In this document: positions 1-8,845 of the stretch, piece by piece
Position numbering within the stretch: the stretch's first letter is position 1
How the letters are laid out: each line of letters starts with the position of its first letter
DNA from: Candidatus Methylomirabilia bacterium
GTDB taxonomy: Bacteria > Methylomirabilota > Methylomirabilia > Rokubacteriales > CSP1-6
Length of the DNA stretch: 64,000 nucleotides
Reading direction: 5' to 3'
NCBI GenBank assembly: GCA_041492755.1
Contig: JBGPXN010000003.1
Span: forward strand, 1-64,000
Notes under the pieces: model-generated
Told to the model about the DNA's origin: nothing
The model's input: the letters and a program-made list of their open reading frames with translations, nothing else
Databases searched by the model: none
Translations under genes and position numbers: made by a program

Positions 1-42
1 CGCTACGCGCGAGTGGCGTTCGTGCCGGCGGGCGCCCAGTGA
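1..42 (+). CDS. 3' end of an upstream CDS (possibly the partner M16 peptidase subunit)
   Basis: Frame 1 reads RYARVAFVPAGAQ* with TGA at 40-42, overlapping the GTG start of the next gene (GTGA). Identity is inferred from context only. Confidence 0.5.
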   Translation, partial: RYARVAFVPAGAQ

Positions 43-1358
43 CACGGGCCGTCCTCGTCGCTCTCGCAACGATCCTGGCGACCATGGGGTCGCCCGTGTC
101 GTCCGCGGCTGCCGCGGATCCCACTGCCCGCCGGGCGGCGGTCATCCGTCACGTACTCCCCAACGGCATGACACTGCTCGTGCGCGAGAGCGGGGGGGCG
201 GCGGTCGTGGCAGCCTCGCTCATCGTCCGGACCGGCTCGAGGGACGAGACCGCTGACACCGCGGGGATCACGAATTTCCTGCATCGGGTCCTGGTCCGGG
301 GGACCAGTCAGCGAACGGCGCGTCAACTTGCGGAGGCGGCGGAAGACATCGGCGGCAGTCTCGATGCGTCCGGCGAAGTCGAGTACGCGGAGGTCCGGGG
401 GACCGCGCTGTCTCGCCACGCGGAGGCGCTCCTGGAGCTGATGGCCGACGTCGCGCTCAGTGGCGCGCTCCCCGCCGAAGAAGTCGAGCGTGAGCGGCGG
501 CTCATCTCGAGCCAGATCCAGACGCGGGCGGACACGCCGTTTCCGCTCGCGTTCGATACGCTGCTCGCGGATCTCTACGGTCCGCACCCGTTTGCGCGAC
601 CCGCGCTCGGGCGTCGCGAGAGTATTGCCCGCCTCACGCGCGAGGATCTGCTCATGCGCTATCGATCGCTCTACCGCGGCGACCGGCTCGTCCTCGCCGT
701 CAGCGGCCAGGTGACCGCCGCGCGCATGCGCAGGACCGCGGAGCGTCTGTTCTCCCGCCTACCAGGTCCGGGCGCGGCGCCCGAACCCGCAATCGCCGAT
801 CCGGTCCCCACCGGAGAGCGCCGCGTGATCGAGCGCCAGGCCCAGCAGGCCCAGATCCTCGTCGGGTTCCTCGGCCCGGGGGTGGGGGAGCGCGACTACG
901 CCGCGACCCGGGTGCTGGGCGCCGTGCTCGGAGGCGGGATGTCGGGGCGACTGTTCGTCGAGCTGCGGGACAACGAAGGTCTCGCGTACTCGCTGGGGGT
1001 GACGAGCCCCACCCGGTCGCGTCACACGTTCCTGGTGGCGTACCTCGGGACGGCGCGTGAAAACGTCCAGGCCGCGGAAGCTGGTTTGCTGCGGGAACTC
1101 GAAAAGGCGAAGTCAGACGTCATCGGCGACGCCGAACTCTCCCGCGCCAAGGCGTATGTCCTCGGGAGCCTCGCCATGGACCGGCGGTCGAACGCGCGCT
1201 ACGCGTGGTACCTCGCCTTCTTCGAGGCGATCGGCGCCGGCTGGGACTTCCCCGAGCACTACGTGCGCGCGGTGGCAGCGGTGACCGGGGCCGACGTCCA
1301 GGCCGCCGGCGCGAAATATCTCACGCGGCCAACGCGCGTCGTCTTGATCCCGCGCTGA
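39..1358 (+). CDS. M16 (pitrilysin/insulinase) family peptidase, likely non-catalytic subunit, with signal peptide
   Basis: LPNGMTLL, GSRDE..GITNFLHRVLVRGT (degenerate HxxEH), GGGMSGRLFVELRDNEGLAYS; hydrophobic N-terminus. Confidence 0.9.
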   Translation: MTRAVLVALATILATMGSPVSSAAAADPTARRAAVIRHVLPNGMTLLVRESGGAAVVAASLIVRTGSRDETADTAGITNFLHRVLVRGTSQRTARQLAEAAEDIGGSLDASGEVEYAEVRGTALSRHAEALLELMADVALSGALPAEEVERERRLISSQIQTRADTPFPLAFDTLLADLYGPHPFARPALGRRESIARLTREDLLMRYRSLYRGDRLVLAVSGQVTAARMRRTAERLFSRLPGPGAAPEPAIADPVPTGERRVIERQAQQAQILVGFLGPGVGERDYAATRVLGAVLGGGMSGRLFVELRDNEGLAYSLGVTSPTRSRHTFLVAYLGTARENVQAAEAGLLRELEKAKSDVIGDAELSRAKAYVLGSLAMDRRSNARYAWYLAFFEAIGAGWDFPEHYVRAVAAVTGADVQAAGAKYLTRPTRVVLIPR

Positions 1359-2068
1359 TGCTGCCGCTCAAGGACGACGTCCCGAGCCAGAGCACCCCCT
1401 TCGTCACGGTGGGCCTCATCGTCGCGAACGTGCTCGTCTTCTTCTACCAGGCCTCGCTGCAGCTGAGCGGAGATCCGGGCGCGCTCCGGGCGGCGCAGGA
1501 CTTCATCTTCGAGTTCGGCGCCATCCCCTGCCGGATCACCGGAGAATGCGTGCAGGCCGATCACCCCCAGGCGATGGTGACCGTGCTGACTTCGATGTTC
1601 GTCCACGGCGGGCTGTTCCACGTCGGCGGCAACATGCTCTACCTGTGGATCTTCGGCGACAACGTGGAAGACACCCTCGGCCACCTCCGTTTCCTCGGCT
1701 TCTACCTCGCGTCGGGCGTGGCGGCCGCGCTGGCCCAGACGGCGGCCAACCCGAGCTCTACGATCCCCATGGTGGGGGCCAGCGGCGCGGTGTCCGGTGT
1801 CCTGGGCGCGTATCTCCTCCTCTTTCCCTACGCCTCCATCTGGACTCTCGTCGTGTTCGGCTTCTTCATCCGTTTCGTCCAGCTCCCGGCGATCCTGGTT
1901 CTCGGCTTCTGGATCGTCGTGCAGCTCTTCAGTGGTTACATCACCTGGGGCAATGCGGTCGGACCGGGCGCGGGCGGTGGCGTCGCCTGGTTCGCCCACA
2001 TCGGCGGCTTCCTGGCGGGCATGGTTCTGCTCTTTGTCCTGCGGACGCGCCGCCACGGTCGCCTATAA
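1358..2068 (+). CDS. Rhomboid family intramembrane serine protease
   Basis: ATG overlaps the previous TGA (TGATG); HVGGNMLYLWIFGDNVED, GASG catalytic Ser motif, AHIGGF; multiple TM segments. Confidence 0.95.
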   Translation: MLPLKDDVPSQSTPFVTVGLIVANVLVFFYQASLQLSGDPGALRAAQDFIFEFGAIPCRITGECVQADHPQAMVTVLTSMFVHGGLFHVGGNMLYLWIFGDNVEDTLGHLRFLGFYLASGVAAALAQTAANPSSTIPMVGASGAVSGVLGAYLLLFPYASIWTLVVFGFFIRFVQLPAILVLGFWIVVQLFSGYITWGNAVGPGAGGGVAWFAHIGGFLAGMVLLFVLRTRRHGRL

Positions 2069-2069
2069 T
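2064..2069 (+). promoter_or_regulatory. -10 element TATAAT 7 nt upstream of the tlyA ATG (candidate leaderless promoter)
   Basis: Perfect TATAAT containing the rhomboid TAA stop; no SD sequence before ATG 2077. Confidence 0.55.
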
Positions 2070-2076
2070 CAAACCC

Positions 2077-2877
2077 ATGAAAACAGCCGCGAAACGCGTG
2101 CGGATCGACCGTCTCCTGGTGGACAAGGGCCTCGTGGAAAGCCGGGAAAAGGCGGCCAGGATGATCATGGCCGGCGAGGTCCTCGTCGATGGCAAGCGGG
2201 TGGACAAGGCCGGCGCGCTGGTCCCGGGCACCGCCACCATCGAGGTTCCCGAGGGCTCCGCATACGTCAGCCGTGGGGGCGAAAAGCTCGTGCACGCGTT
2301 GGAGCAATTCGGGATCGCGCCGAAGGGCCGGATGTGCATGGACATCGGCGCCTCGACCGGCGGATTCACCGACTGCCTTCTCCAGCGCGGCGCCACGCGC
2401 GTGTACGCGCTCGACGTCGGCACCGGCCAGCTCGACGCACGGCTGCGCAACGATCCGCGTGTCGTGAACATGGAGCACGTCAACGCCCGCACGCTCGATC
2501 CGCGGCTGTTCGAGGAGCTGCCGTCGATCATCGTGGTCGACGTGTCGTTCATCTCACTGGAGAAGGTCCTGCCCGCCGTGTTCGGCGTGCTGGCCCCGCG
2601 GGGCGAGGTGATCGCGCTCGTCAAGCCGCAGTTCGAGGTCGGTCGCCAGGCCGTCGGCAAGGGAGGCGTGGTGCGCGATCCGGAGCTGCACAAGCAGGTC
2701 GTGGCGCGGCTCGCTCGCTACGCTGTGCTGCGGGGATGGCACGTCCTGAGTGTGACCGCTTCACCGCTGCGCGGGGCCAAGGGCAACCGTGAGTTCTTCC
2801 TGCACCTGTCCAGCCACGGCCGGACCGCGTCGAACCTCGAGTCGATGATCATGCGGGCGGCCGAAGTATCGGCGTGA
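2077..2877 (+). CDS. tlyA: TlyA family rRNA (cytidine-2'-O)-methyltransferase
   Basis: S4 domain (RIDRLLVDKGLVESREKA), YVSRGGEKL, DIGASTGGFTD, DVSFISL, LVKPQFE, GNREF. Confidence 0.95.
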   Translation: MKTAAKRVRIDRLLVDKGLVESREKAARMIMAGEVLVDGKRVDKAGALVPGTATIEVPEGSAYVSRGGEKLVHALEQFGIAPKGRMCMDIGASTGGFTDCLLQRGATRVYALDVGTGQLDARLRNDPRVVNMEHVNARTLDPRLFEELPSIIVVDVSFISLEKVLPAVFGVLAPRGEVIALVKPQFEVGRQAVGKGGVVRDPELHKQVVARLARYAVLRGWHVLSVTASPLRGAKGNREFFLHLSSHGRTASNLESMIMRAAEVSA

Positions 2878-3728
2878 CCCGCGTCGGCGTCGTCGCGAAG
2901 CCCGACGGCGTCGACGTCTCGATCGTCCGGACCCTCATCGAGTGGCTGCGGAGCCAGGGGCTCACGGTCAGCGTCGAGAAGGAGACGGCCGACCTCGTCG
3001 CCGAGCTGCAGCCGCTGTCGGTTCGGAAGGCCGACTTGCCGGCCCAGGCCGACTTCCTGATCGTGCTCGGCGGCGACGGTACCCTGCTCTCCGTAGCCCG
3101 GACGGTCGGCGAGCTCGGTGTCCCGATCCTCGGCGTGAACGTCGGTGATCTCGGATTCCTGACCGCGACCACCCTCGACGAGATGCTGCCCGCCTTGGAC
3201 ACGTTCCTGAAGGGCGGCATGGTGATCGAGGAGCGGATGATGCTGGCGGCGCGCGTGGTCCGCAACGGCGCGCTGGTCGGAGAATCGCTCGCGCTCAACG
3301 ACGCCGTCATCATGAAGTCCGCGATGAGCCGCATCATCAACCTTTCGGTCGGGGTCGAAGGTCAGGACGCCACCCGTTACCGAGCGGATGGGCTGATCAT
3401 CTCGACGCCGACGGGGTCGACCGCCTACTGCCTGTCCGCGGGCGGCCCGATCGTCTTCCCGACGATGGACGCGATCATCCTCACCCCCATCTGCGCGCAC
3501 ACGCTGACGAACCGTCCGATCGTGCTGCCCGGCAGTCATCGGGTCGAGGTCACGCTCCTCAGCAACCAGGAGGCGATGCTCACCGTTGATGGCCAGGTCG
3601 GCTTCGGGCTTCACCAGCACGACGTGGTGACGGTGTCATGCGCCGCCCCGCGCATCCGGCTCGTGCGCTTCCCGCAGAAGCACTTCTTCTCCGTCCTCCG
3701 TACCAAGCTCAAGTGGGGTGAGCGTTAG
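2874..3728 (+). CDS. nadK: NAD kinase
   Basis: GGDGT motif, GVNVGDLGFL, LND, DGLIISTPTGSTAY, C-terminal KLKWG; tlyA-nadK-recN synteny. Confidence 0.96.
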   Translation: MTRVGVVAKPDGVDVSIVRTLIEWLRSQGLTVSVEKETADLVAELQPLSVRKADLPAQADFLIVLGGDGTLLSVARTVGELGVPILGVNVGDLGFLTATTLDEMLPALDTFLKGGMVIEERMMLAARVVRNGALVGESLALNDAVIMKSAMSRIINLSVGVEGQDATRYRADGLIISTPTGSTAYCLSAGGPIVFPTMDAIILTPICAHTLTNRPIVLPGSHRVEVTLLSNQEAMLTVDGQVGFGLHQHDVVTVSCAAPRIRLVRFPQKHFFSVLRTKLKWGER

Positions 3729-3779
3729 CTCGAAACGGAGTATTTCCCCGGCCCACCGCTGTCAGGGAACGGATACCGC

Positions 3780-3808
3780 TTGAGCGTTCCGCGTTCTGCT
3801 CCTACCAT
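3780..3808 (+). promoter_or_regulatory. sigma70-type promoter TTGAGC-N17-TACCAT, 6 nt before the recN GTG
   Basis: -35 at 3780-3785, -10 at 3803-3808, 17-nt spacer, no SD. Confidence 0.6.
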
Positions 3809-3814
3809 CGATGC

Positions 3815-5518
3815 GTGTTGCGGGAGCTCCGGATCAGGAACTTCGCGGTGGTGGAGAACACGACGGCGACGTTCGGGCCGGGGCTGAACGTCCTCACCGG
3901 GGAGACCGGCGCCGGCAAGTCGATCGTCGTCGATGCGCTCCTGCTCGTCCGAGGCGCGCGCGCGCAGTCCGACGTCATCCGGAGCGAAACGGAATCCGCC
4001 ACCGTCGAAGCGGTGTTCGAGGTGGGGGCGTCCGGGCCGGTGGCGGCGGTGCTCACCGAGGCGGGGATCGACGTCGACGGCGGCGCGGTCGTGATCCGGC
4101 GCGAGCTCGCGCGCACCGGCCGGCATCGCGCCTTCGTCAACGACGCGGCGGTGACCGTGGGCCTGCTCGAGCGCCTGGGCGACCTCCTCGTCGAGGTCCA
4201 CGGTCAGCACGAGCACCAGCGCCTGCTCCAACCCATGCTTCAGCTCGAGCTGCTCGACCGCTTTGCCGGTCTGGACGACCTTCAGCGCCGCGTGGCCGAG
4301 CTGCACGCCAAGCACCGCTCGGCGGCGGCCGCGGTCGAGGGCGAGCGCGCCGCGGCGCGGGAGCGCGCCCAGCGCGAGGACATGCTGCGCTTTCAGGTGG
4401 GGGAGCTGCGGGCCGCGCGGCTGCGGATTGGTGAAGAAGAGGAGCTCCGCGCCGAGCGCACCCGCCTGCAACACGCCGAGCGATTCCGGACGACCGTCGC
4501 GGAGGTGCAAGGGCTGCTGCACGACGACCGTGACGCCGCGGCCGGTCGGCTGGGGCGTGCGGTCCGTCTTCTCCGTGACCTGGGTCGTCTCGACGCCGCG
4601 TTCGCGGCGACGGCCGAGAGCCTCGAGGCGGCGCTGGTACAGGTCGACGAGGCGGTCACCGCGCTTCGGGCATTGCGCGACACCATCGAGGCCGAGCCGG
4701 GCCGGCTCGAGGCGATCGACGAGCGACTCGACGCGCTCACGCGCCTCAAGCGCAAGTACGGAGACACCGAGGCGGCGATGCTCGACTTCCTGGCGAGTGC
4801 CGCGGGCGAGCTGGAGCGGCTCGAGCACCACGAGGAGTTCCTCGCCGGCGAAGAACGGCGGTTGGGCGAGTTGGGAACCGAGCTGCTGGCGACGGCGACG
4901 ACACTGTCAGAGCGGCGGGCAGGTGCCGCCCGACGGCTCGGGTCCGACGCCCAGCGGGAGGTGCGCAGGCTCGGCATGGAGCGGGCCAGCTTCGAGATCG
5001 TCGTGGAGCGGACGAATCCTCCCGAACTTTCGGCCCGTGGTCTCGATCGCGTCGAGTTCCGGCTGTCGGCCAATCCAGGCGAGGAGCCCCGGCCACTGGC
5101 GCGTATCGCGTCCGGTGGAGAGCTGTCGCGGACGATGCTCGCGCTGAACGCCGCCGTTCTCGCCGCGGGCGAGCGACCGGCGACCATGGTGTTCGACGAG
5201 GTGGACGCCGGCATCGGGGGCCACGTGGCCTCGGTGGTGGGAGAAAAGCTGGTGGCGGTGGCCGCCCGCGGGCAGGTGCTGTGTGTCACGCACCTTCCCC
5301 AGATCGCGGCGCAGGCGCAGCGTCACCTGGGCGTCGCCAAAGCCGTGCGGGGCGGGCGCACGCGCGCGACGGTGCAGGCGCTCGAGGGCGAGGCCCGGAC
5401 CGGCGAGATCGCGCGCATGCTGGCCGGCGACCCGCCCACGGCGACGGCGTTGTCGCACGCGCGGGAGCTGCTCGCGGCCGGCTCCGGTGGAGGGCCGCGG
5501 CGCCGCCGGCCTGTATAA
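3815..5518 (+). CDS. recN: DNA repair protein RecN
   Basis: GETGAGKS Walker [16 protein letters not shown] signature, [18 protein letters not shown]. Confidence 0.97.
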   Translation: MLRELRIRNFAVVENTTATFGPGLNVLTGETGAGKSIVVDALLLVRGARAQSDVIRSETESATVEAVFEVGASGPVAAVLTEAGIDVDGGAVVIRRELARTGRHRAFVNDAAVTVGLLERLGDLLVEVHGQHEHQRLLQPMLQLELLDRFAGLDDLQRRVAELHAKHRSAAAAVEGERAAARERAQREDMLRFQVGELRAARLRIGEEEELRAERTRLQHAERFRTTVAEVQGLLHDDRDAAAGRLGRAVRLLRDLGRLDAAFAATAESLEAALVQVDEAVTALRALRDTIEAEPGRLEAIDERLDALTRLKRKYGDTEAAMLDFLASAAGELERLEHHEEFLAGEERRLGELGTELLATATTLSERRAGAARRLGSDAQREVRRLGMERASFEIVVERTNPPELSARGLDRVEFRLSANPGEEPRPLARIASGGELSRTMLALNAAVLAAGERPATMVFDEVDAGIGGHVASVVGEKLVAVAARGQVLCVTHLPQIAAQAQRHLGVAKAVRGGRTRATVQALEGEARTGEIARMLAGDPPTATALSHARELLAAGSGGGPRRRRPV

Positions 5519-5519
5519 T
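5514..5519 (+). promoter_or_regulatory. -10 element TATAAT upstream of secA
   Basis: TATAAT containing the recN TAA stop, 12 nt before ATG 5532. Confidence 0.5.
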
Positions 5520-5531
5520 GAGACGTCGAGC

Positions 5532-8339
5532 ATGCTGAACGCCGTTCTCCGCAAACTCTTCGGGACCAAGCACGAACGGGACGTCAAACGCATGATGCCC
5601 GCCGTGCAGCAGATCAACGCTCTGGAGGCCGAGCTTCAGGCGCTCCCCGACGACGCGCTTCGCGCCCGCACCGACACCCTCCGCCAGCGACTCGGCAACA
5701 ACGAAGAGCTGAACGATCTGCTGCCCGAAGCGTTCGCAACCTGCCGGGAAGCGGCGCGCCGGACGGTGGGAATGCGGCACTTCGACGTGCAGCTCATCGG
5801 CGGGATGGTGCTGCACGAGGGCACGATCGCCGAGATGGCGACCGGCGAGGGCAAGACGCTGGTGGCGACGCTGCCGGCCTACCTCAACGCCCTGACCGGC
5901 CGCGGCGTGCACATCGTCACCGTCAACGACTACCTCGCCAAGCGCGACGCGCAGTGGATGGGGCCGGTCTACCACGCCCTGGGGTTGAGCGTGGGTGTCG
6001 TCCAGCACGAGGCCTCGTTCCTCTATGATCCGGGGTACGTCACCCCCGACATCCGGCTGACCGCGCTGCGACCCTGCACGCGGCCGGAGGCGTACGCGGC
6101 CGACATCACGTATGGGACCAACAACGAGTTCGGGTTCGACTACCTGCGTGACAACATGCGCTTCACCCGCGCGGAGCTCGTTCAGCGCGAGATGCACTAC
6201 GCCATCGTCGACGAGGTCGATTCGATCCTCATCGACGAGGCGCGGACCCCGCTGATCATCTCCGGGCCCGCGGAAGAGTCGACCGAGCTCTACTACAAGA
6301 TCGATCGCATCATCCCTCGACTGAAGAGGGCCGCCACCATCGTCGATGGCAAGCTCTCGGAGGTGGAGGAGCAGAAGGAAGGCGACTTCATCGTCGACGA
6401 GAAGTCCAAGGCGGTCGCGCTCACCGAGCAGGGAGTGGCGAGCTGCGAGCGGCTGCTCGGTATCGACAACCTCTACGATCCGAAGCACATCGATTCCTTG
6501 CACCACGTCCAGCAGGCGCTGCGCGCGCACGCCCTCTACCGCAAGGACGTGGACTACGTCGTCAATGATGGCGAGGTCATCATCGTCGACGAGTTCACCG
6601 GCCGCATGATGCCGGGCCGGCGGTGGTCGGACGGTCTGCACCAGGCGGTCGAGGCGAAGGAAGGGGTTCGCATCGAGCGCGAGAACCAGACGCTGGCGAC
6701 GATCACCTTCCAGAACCTGTTCCGCATGTACGGAAAGCTGGCGGGGATGACCGGGACCGCGGAGACGGAGGCGGAGGAGTTCGCGAAGATCTACAAGCTC
6801 GACGTCACCGTCGTCCCCACCAACCGGACCCTGATCCGGACCAACAATCCCGACGTCGTCTACAAGACGGAGCGGGAGAAGTTCGACGCGGTCGTGGAGG
6901 ACATCATCAAGTGCAACGAGCGGGGCCAGCCCGTCCTCGTGGGCACCGTCTCCATCGAGAAGTCGGAGCAGCTCTCCAAGCTGCTGAAGCGGCGTGGCGT
7001 CAAGCACGAGGTTCTGAACGCCAAGTACCACGAGCGCGAGGCGGAGATCGTCGCCCAGGCCGGACGGGAGGGCGCGGTCACCATCGCCACCAACATGGCG
7101 GGCCGCGGCACCGACATCCTGCTGGGTGGCAACGCCGAGTTTCTGTCCAAAGAGATTCTGCGCCGCCAAGGCCTCGATCCCGCCACCGCCCCGCTCGACG
7201 CGCGCGCCACCGCGGTGGCCGAGGCGCGCCGGACCACGGAGCCGGAGCACGCGCGGGTCGTGGAGCGCGGCGGCTTGCACATCGTCGGCACCGAGCGCCA
7301 CGAGTCCCGTCGCGTCGACAACCAGCTCCGGGGCCGCTCGGGGCGCCAGGGCGATCCGGGCTCCTCGCGGTTCTACCTCTCGCTCGAGGACGACCTGCTG
7401 CGGATCTTCGGCTCGCAGCGGATCCAGAAGATCATGGACCGCCTCGGCATGGAGGAGGGCGAGCCGATCGAGCACCGGCTCGTCACCCGCGCCATCGCGA
7501 CCGCGCAGAAGCGGGTGGAGAACCACCACTTCGAGATCCGCAAGCACCTGCTCGAGTACGACGACGTGATGAACAAGCAGCGCGAGATCATCTACGGGAT
7601 GCGCCGGCAGATCATGGACGGCGAAAGCCAGACCGACACCATCACGGAATGGCGCGAGGACCTCGTCCCGAGCACGCTCGACGCCTACGCCGCCGCCGAC
7701 GCGCACCCCGACGATTGGGACCTCGCCGGTCTCGCCGAACCCCTGTTCGCGCAGTTCGACGTCCGCATCCCGGCCGCCCACTACCGTGAGGTCGCGACCC
7801 GCGAAGGTCTCGAAGATCTCGTCGGGACCGCCGTGCGCGATCGCTATGCGGAGCGGGAGCGCGAGCTCGGCCCCGAGCTCATGCGGGCCCTCGAGCGGCA
7901 CGAGATGCTCATCGTCATCGACACGCAGTGGAAGGACCACCTGCTCTCCATCGACCACCTCAAGGAAGGCATCGGCCTCCGCGGGTACGGTCAGCGCGAC
8001 CCGCTCACCGAGTACAAGAAGGAAGCGTTCGATCTCTTCGAGGCGATGGTCGAGCGCGTCAAGGCGGCGGTGGTGGAGCGCTTGTTCAAGGTGCAGATCG
8101 TTCGGGATACCACGATCGAGATGCCGGTCATGACCGCCCGCGCCGATACTCACGAGTCCCGCGGCGCGGTGGCCGGCGATCCGCTCGCGGCACGGGGGTC
8201 CGCGCCCTCCGCGGCGCCGGTACGTCGGCCGGCGGCGGCGCTGCGGACGCCGACGGGCGACAAGATCGGCCGCAACGATCCCTGCCCGTGCGGCTCGGGC
8301 AAGAAGTACAAGAAGTGCTGCTACCTCAAGCAAAGCTGA
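5532..8339 (+). CDS. secA: Preprotein translocase ATPase SecA
   Basis: [40 protein letters not shown]-terminal [22 protein letters not shown]; start placed at [11 protein letters not shown]. Confidence 0.98.
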   Translation: MLNAVLRKLFGTKHERDVKRMMPAVQQINALEAELQALPDDALRARTDTLRQRLGNNEELNDLLPEAFATCREAARRTVGMRHFDVQLIGGMVLHEGTIAEMATGEGKTLVATLPAYLNALTGRGVHIVTVNDYLAKRDAQWMGPVYHALGLSVGVVQHEASFLYDPGYVTPDIRLTALRPCTRPEAYAADITYGTNNEFGFDYLRDNMRFTRAELVQREMHYAIVDEVDSILIDEARTPLIISGPAEESTELYYKIDRIIPRLKRAATIVDGKLSEVEEQKEGDFIVDEKSKAVALTEQGVASCERLLGIDNLYDPKHIDSLHHVQQALRAHALYRKDVDYVVNDGEVIIVDEFTGRMMPGRRWSDGLHQAVEAKEGVRIERENQTLATITFQNLFRMYGKLAGMTGTAETEAEEFAKIYKLDVTVVPTNRTLIRTNNPDVVYKTEREKFDAVVEDIIKCNERGQPVLVGTVSIEKSEQLSKLLKRRGVKHEVLNAKYHEREAEIVAQAGREGAVTIATNMAGRGTDILLGGNAEFLSKEILRRQGLDPATAPLDARATAVAEARRTTEPEHARVVERGGLHIVGTERHESRRVDNQLRGRSGRQGDPGSSRFYLSLEDDLLRIFGSQRIQKIMDRLGMEEGEPIEHRLVTRAIATAQKRVENHHFEIRKHLLEYDDVMNKQREIIYGMRRQIMDGESQTDTITEWREDLVPSTLDAYAAADAHPDDWDLAGLAEPLFAQFDVRIPAAHYREVATREGLEDLVGTAVRDRYAERERELGPELMRALERHEMLIVIDTQWKDHLLSIDHLKEGIGLRGYGQRDPLTEYKKEAFDLFEAMVERVKAAVVERLFKVQIVRDTTIEMPVMTARADTHESRGAVAGDPLAARGSAPSAAPVRRPAAALRTPTGDKIGRNDPCPCGSGKKYKKCCYLKQS

Positions 8340-8737
8340 TGGCGGATCGGCGCTACCGCCAGCCCGGCTACGGGAGCACGGGATCAGGGCAGGGCCGACG
8401 CGAGCCGCCGCCGGCGCCTCCTCCGTCGGGAACGCTGAAGAACCGGTCGGTCTCCCGCTGTGCCGCGTGCGGCGCGGTGCTCCCGATCACCGCCGACTCG
8501 CTCACGCAGTGTCCCAACTGCCGCGCCGACCTCCACGCGTGCCGGAACTGCGCCCACTTCGAGACCGAGCAGCGATTCGAGTGCACCCAACCGGTCCCCG
8601 AGCGCATTGCCGACAAGAGCGCACGGAACGGATGCACCCGATTTTCGCTGCGGGTGACCGTGGAGCGAGACACGTCCTCGGGCTCGATTCGCCCGGAGGC
8701 CGCCCGCCGGGGTTTCGGGAATCTGTTCAAGAAGTAG
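8339..8737 (+). CDS. Small Cys-rich (putative zinc-binding) protein of unknown function, 132 aa
   Basis: ATG overlaps the secA TGA; CAAC..CPNC..LHACRNC..C..C, ends FGNLFKK. Confidence 0.75.
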   Translation: MADRRYRQPGYGSTGSGQGRREPPPAPPPSGTLKNRSVSRCAACGAVLPITADSLTQCPNCRADLHACRNCAHFETEQRFECTQPVPERIADKSARNGCTRFSLRVTVERDTSSGSIRPEAARRGFGNLFKK

Positions 8738-8755
8738 CATGCACGCCGGGCCGCG

Positions 8756-8803
8756 ATTCGATATGTAGGGCATGACAGCCCGCCCGCCCCCCAGGTCTAG
8801 TAT
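8756..8803. promoter_or_regulatory. Tandem NrdR-box-like sites upstream of smc
   Basis: attCgAtATgTaGggc (8756-8771) and cccCcAggTcTaGtat (8788-8803), 32 bp apart, compared by eye with the consensus acaCwAtATaTwGtgt. Confidence 0.45.
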
Positions 8804-8845
8804 TTTTTTCTTGGGCTCCCGCCGGCCCGCGTGTTAGTAATCCCC

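Noticed and set aside
6005..6095. Insertion in SecA NBD1 ([23 protein letters not shown]) as an intein or repeat
   Set aside because: It is too short, has no intein splice motifs or palindromic structure, and looks like a lineage-variable loop.
5286..8333. Very long minus-strand ORFs (also 9056-12301, 27757-30375, 55658-57493, 59484-62006)
   Set aside because: They mirror secA, smc, bamA, rpsA and mutS and show no recognisable motifs. Such antisense shadows are expected from strong GC codon bias.
8768..8812. T7 run after the Cys-rich gene as an intrinsic terminator
   Set aside because: The only hairpin (GGGC-atgaca-GCCC) is weak and over 20 nt from the T tract. The tract is more likely part of the smc promoter region.
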